From an uncultured virus (IMG/VR IMGVR_UViG_3300031759_000012) (taxonomy: Duplodnaviria > Heunggongvirae > Uroviricota > Caudoviricetes), in the IMG/VR virus record IMGVR_UViG_3300031759_000012: DNA of 20,000 nt; one strand, written 5' to 3'. Numbering within the stretch: position 1 is the first letter of the stretch; every line of letters begins with the position of its first letter. This document shows, piece after piece, positions 17,001 through 20,000 of the stretch. The position numbers and the translations under genes are program-made. Below the pieces are notes generated by a model that saw nothing but the letters and a program-made list of their open reading frames with translations, did no database searches and was not told the origin of the DNA.

Positions 17001-17395
17001 TTGATTGTGTTTCTAAATGTACGCCATAATCTTTGTTGCCATTTATTAAGTTTACACCATTGATGCAACATATCTTTTAGAATTTTTATTTCAGTTTCGG
17101 TCATTTCACCATTAAAGGTTAGTTGAAATGGCTCGGTGCCGGCTTCATAATTTTGTACTGAATAATCGGCTAAAATATCTAGCCCTTTGGAAATTTCTGA
17201 ATCAAGATCCATTTGTTCATACTGAATGTAGCGCTCTACTCTATTAGGAGCGCCGCTATAAACTTCAGGCAAATAGCTTGAATATTTTGCTCCTGTTCCT
17301 GCACTGGTTCCGCTTGTACCAGAACTTTGACTAAGTTTTTGATTCAATTTTGTTTGACTGGGAACCGCCGAAAAGTATTTCTTCCAAGATGCCAT
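14075..17395 (-). CDS. gp20: Portal vertex protein, T4 gp20-like, interrupted by an intein (593 aa after splicing)
   Basis: [32 protein letters not shown]...[28 protein letters not shown]. Start moved from TTG 17443 to ATG 17395 (MASWKKYF). Confidence 0.95.
   Translation of the reverse strand: [1106 protein letters not shown]
14870..16408 (-). mobile_element. Intein (513 aa) with an HNH homing endonuclease, inside the portal gene
   Basis: Block A [17 protein letters not shown], block B VTPDHKI, block F DTGTITID...HNFAT, block G VFVCN/S. Internal HRMVA...[16 protein letters not shown]...H HNH motif. Confidence 0.95.
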
Positions 17396-17396
17396 T

Positions 17397-17436
17397 ATAC
17401 TACCAATACTACCAATACTAGAATTTCTAGTATTTA
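17397..17436 (-). promoter_or_regulatory. Portal leader: TAAATA motif, inverted repeat and 9-bp tandem repeat
   Basis: TAAATA at 17431-17436; inverted repeat AATACTAGAA-T-TTCTAGTATT at 17414-17434; ATACTACCA x2.7 at 17397-17420. Confidence 0.55.
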
Positions 17437-17457
17437 GTACCAAATAGCCAGGTCTTA

Positions 17458-20000
17458 TTAATAGATTCTTCCGCTAGTTGACGAAATGGCGTTTGTTGTA
17501 TCTCTAAAGCCATTGGTATTAATATCAATTAGACGTTGATTACTGGTATTAACTTGTGTAAGCAATTCAATCATCTTATCAAATTGTCCAGTTGTTCTTG
17601 CATAATATTGAGACGCTGCATCGTTTATAGTGCCAGCAGCAGGGCTAGTTGTGGGATTTACAACAATAGGGTTGCCATTACCATATATTGCGTCATTCAG
17701 TGCTCTTATTTGATTTAAGCCGGTCAAATCAAGACTGCTTATTGCATTAATAGCATTGACACCGTTCTCAATAGAATTTTCATTATCTGCAAATTTTTTG
17801 AAAATTTGCACCAGTCCGTCAACGTTTCCTAATATTCTATCTGGATGAGCATATGCAGAAAACATGTCAGGCAGATTTCCGATAGCATCCATTTTAGATT
17901 TGGACCAATCAACAGAAAATAAAGCCGCAAATGTGCCTATTCCATTAATAATTTCCTTTTGTACATTCCCAAATGTTTTAAAAAAGTTTACAAATCCATC
18001 AATCATAGATTGGTCAAACTTTGCGCTGAACAGACTGCCAAACCATGTAGAACTAAACATTTTACTGAGTTCTTGCAGACTGTTTACTTTATCAGTTGTA
18101 ATTCCCATTTGCATAAGCGCCCACAATGAGTTCGACCCTGCTACAATTGAGTCTTCACCATCGCCTAATTTGGCAAAGAGTTTAATAAAATCATTTATAA
18201 GATCTGTATCTACAGATGCTCTGAATAATTTTCCAAACCAAGTTGTACTAAACATGTCTGCTAGTAGGTGTAATCCTTCAACTTTTTGTGCTGTAATTTG
18301 CATGGAAAACATAGCGGCCATAGAGTCTGCACCATGAATAATGGCGTCACGAGCTGTGCCAGAACCAAGTGTTCTAAACATTTCAACAAATTTTTGTACA
18401 TATTTCTTATCAATAACGCTGTCAAATAAACCGCCAAACCATCCTTTACTAAACATACTAGACAATAATTGTAATCCCCGTACTTTATCTTCTGATATAT
18501 CAGCAGCACCCAACGCAATTAATGAATTAGCGCCGCTTATAAAGGCATTCTCATACTTTCCTAAAGTCTCAAATATCTTGGCAAATGCTTCAACTTTACT
18601 GATTTCAATTTCAGTACGGAAAATATTGCGTAAGGCAGCACCTGCAAGCCCGTGATAGCTGCTAAACATGTCTGACAATCTTTGAATACCGGCTATTTTA
18701 TCGGGTGTTAACTGTGATGTAGCAAATCCCATGGCTGCAATAGAGCCGGCGCCACTAATAATGTCTTGCTTATGTGCAGCCAAAACAGAAAATACTTGTA
18801 GAAAACCTTCAAGTTTATCAAAATCAATGCTTGTGTCAAACAGATTTCGCGATAAAACGTTTCCAATTACACGCAATCCTACAGCAGTTTGCACCAAACT
18901 TTGTCCATTAATACTAGACAGTTCGCGCAAACTTTTTACCAGCATGGATACAATTTGTGTATTTGATGCGTCAATTGCAATGGCTAATCCTTCGCCAATT
19001 TTTTCTAAAGCATTGCTGATTACCCTAGAACCTATCCAAATAAACGGAGCAGCTACAGCGGCCGCAGATAGGCCAGCCACCAGGCCGCCGATTGCTAAAG
19101 TAGCACCTGCAAACTGATCAAAGCTAACTTTACTAATTGAGTCAAAAACATGTGAAATAGAGTTGCCGATTGATGTTATTATACTTGCCACTCCAGATAG
19201 CGTTTTACTGATAATATTTCCAAAAGCTTCAAACGCTGGCGCGGCTATGCGTAGTGCTGCTGCAACAGGTAACAACGCAACACCAAATCCAGCTAGAGCT
19301 AACAACGCTACTACTATCTCTGGTGCAGCAAGAGTTAAAGTGGTTGCTGCGGCACCTACTGCAATTGCAAATGGTTCAAGTATAGGAGTAAGTGCCCACA
19401 TAGCTAGCCCTAGACCGCCAAGAGTCAACCCAGCTTTAACCAAGCTTCCCCATTCAACTTCATTAAATGCTTTGAGAGCTTTAGCTGTAAGGAATAAATC
19501 TCCTGCTAATAGGGCCATTGCAGCGATGCCTTTAAAAACAGCTGGCTTTCCTAGCTCAGAAATTCCTTCAGCAAGACCTGTAAGAATTGATTTTATAAGT
19601 CCGCCCGCTCCGCGGCCAACGCCGCCTATGCCCTCACCTATGCTACCTAAACCTTTGCCTAGTCCTTCTAAAGGTCCTAATTTTGGCGGCGCAGCAAGAT
19701 CTTTAAGGCCACCGCCACCTTTCAATGCGTCTAAAGCGCCGGCGATCAGGCGCTTAGATATTCGCATTATACCAGCTATACCTTTACTAGAATACAAAGC
19801 CAATAGCACTGCTGGTACTGTAGCAGCAATAATTTGTCCAACAGGCCCGGTAGCATCAATAGCTCCTGTAAATTTGTTTACTACTGATGCTAGAAATTCA
19901 AAACCGCTTGATATCATATCAACAGCTGGTAGCAAAACATTAGACATAGCAACTGCTAACTTGTCAAAAGAATTGCCAAATCTTGAAAATGCGGCTGTAA
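17458..20000 (-). CDS. Tape-measure-like long helical protein, partial (5' end beyond the window)
   Basis: Frame stays open to the window edge (TAAFSRFGNSFDKLAVA before ATG 19947). A/G/L-rich amphipathic helices, hydrophobic segments and internal repeats. Confidence 0.7.
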   Translation of the reverse strand, partial: TAAFSRFGNSFDKLAVAMSNVLLPAVDMISSGFEFLASVVNKFTGAIDATGPVGQIIAATVPAVLLALYSSKGIAGIMRISKRLIAGALDALKGGGGLKDLAAPPKLGPLEGLGKGLGSIGEGIGGVGRGAGGLIKSILTGLAEGISELGKPAVFKGIAAMALLAGDLFLTAKALKAFNEVEWGSLVKAGLTLGGLGLAMWALTPILEPFAIAVGAAATTLTLAAPEIVVALLALAGFGVALLPVAAALRIAAPAFEAFGNIISKTLSGVASIITSIGNSISHVFDSISKVSFDQFAGATLAIGGLVAGLSAAAVAAPFIWIGSRVISNALEKIGEGLAIAIDASNTQIVSMLVKSLRELSSINGQSLVQTAVGLRVIGNVLSRNLFDTSIDFDKLEGFLQVFSVLAAHKQDIISGAGSIAAMGFATSQLTPDKIAGIQRLSDMFSSYHGLAGAALRNIFRTEIEISKVEAFAKIFETLGKYENAFISGANSLIALGAADISEDKVRGLQLLSSMFSKGWFGGLFDSVIDKKYVQKFVEMFRTLGSGTARDAIIHGADSMAAMFSMQITAQKVEGLHLLADMFSTTWFGKLFRASVDTDLINDFIKLFAKLGDGEDSIVAGSNSLWALMQMGITTDKVNSLQELSKMFSSTWFGSLFSAKFDQSMIDGFVNFFKTFGNVQKEIINGIGTFAALFSVDWSKSKMDAIGNLPDMFSAYAHPDRILGNVDGLVQIFKKFADNENSIENGVNAINAISSLDLTGLNQIRALNDAIYGNGNPIVVNPTTSPAAGTINDAASQYYARTTGQFDKMIELLTQVNTSNQRLIDINTNGFRDTTNAISSTSGRIY
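17700..18860 (-). repeat. Degenerate 65-71 aa tandem repeats in the tape-measure-like protein
   Basis: LxxMFS anchors at 18664, 18451, 18250, 18055 and 17860 (spacings 213, 201, 195, 195 nt); WFG in three units. Confidence 0.85.

Noticed and set aside
8667..19117. Short + strand ORFs opposite the capsid, scaffold, portal and tape-measure genes
   Set aside because: Antisense shadows of strongly supported genes, with no recognisable motifs.
1..20000. Stop-codon reassignment, as in some jumbo phages
   Set aside because: TAA, TAG and TGA all end well-formed genes, and coding density is high in the standard code. The lesions involve TAA or an indel.
1..20000. tRNA, rRNA or CRISPR arrays
   Set aside because: Intergenic gaps are short (about 120 bp or less), and I saw no cloverleaf or repeat-spacer pattern.

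Overview
AT-rich segment of a large T4-related (jumbo-type) myovirus genome in standard code, with three parts. (1) + strand, 1-6279: a tightly coupled nucleotide-sugar/glycosylation operon with an SDR epimerase/reductase, FkbM methyltransferase, a very small two-gene split transketolase, RmlB-like dehydratase, an unknown protein, a GT4 glycosyltransferase, and a frameshifted SGNH-fold gene that has lost its catalytic residues. (2) 6286-8303: a damaged accessory zone. A modular deaminase-containing ORF (- strand), whose modules are separated by prohead-protease-like [LIV]xE sites, meets a PD-(D/E)xK nuclease + Mom-like GNAT ORF (+ strand) head-to-head. Both look 5'-truncated and share about 20 bp that fit both proteins. 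(3) - strand, 8393-20000: head morphogenesis module with a partial tape-measure-like repeat protein, portal (gp20) carrying a 513-aa HNH-type intein, a small ORF, a collar-domain virion protein, an acidic core protein, prohead protease (gp21), scaffold (gp22) and major capsid protein (gp23). All family calls come from recognising motifs by eye, not from database searches.
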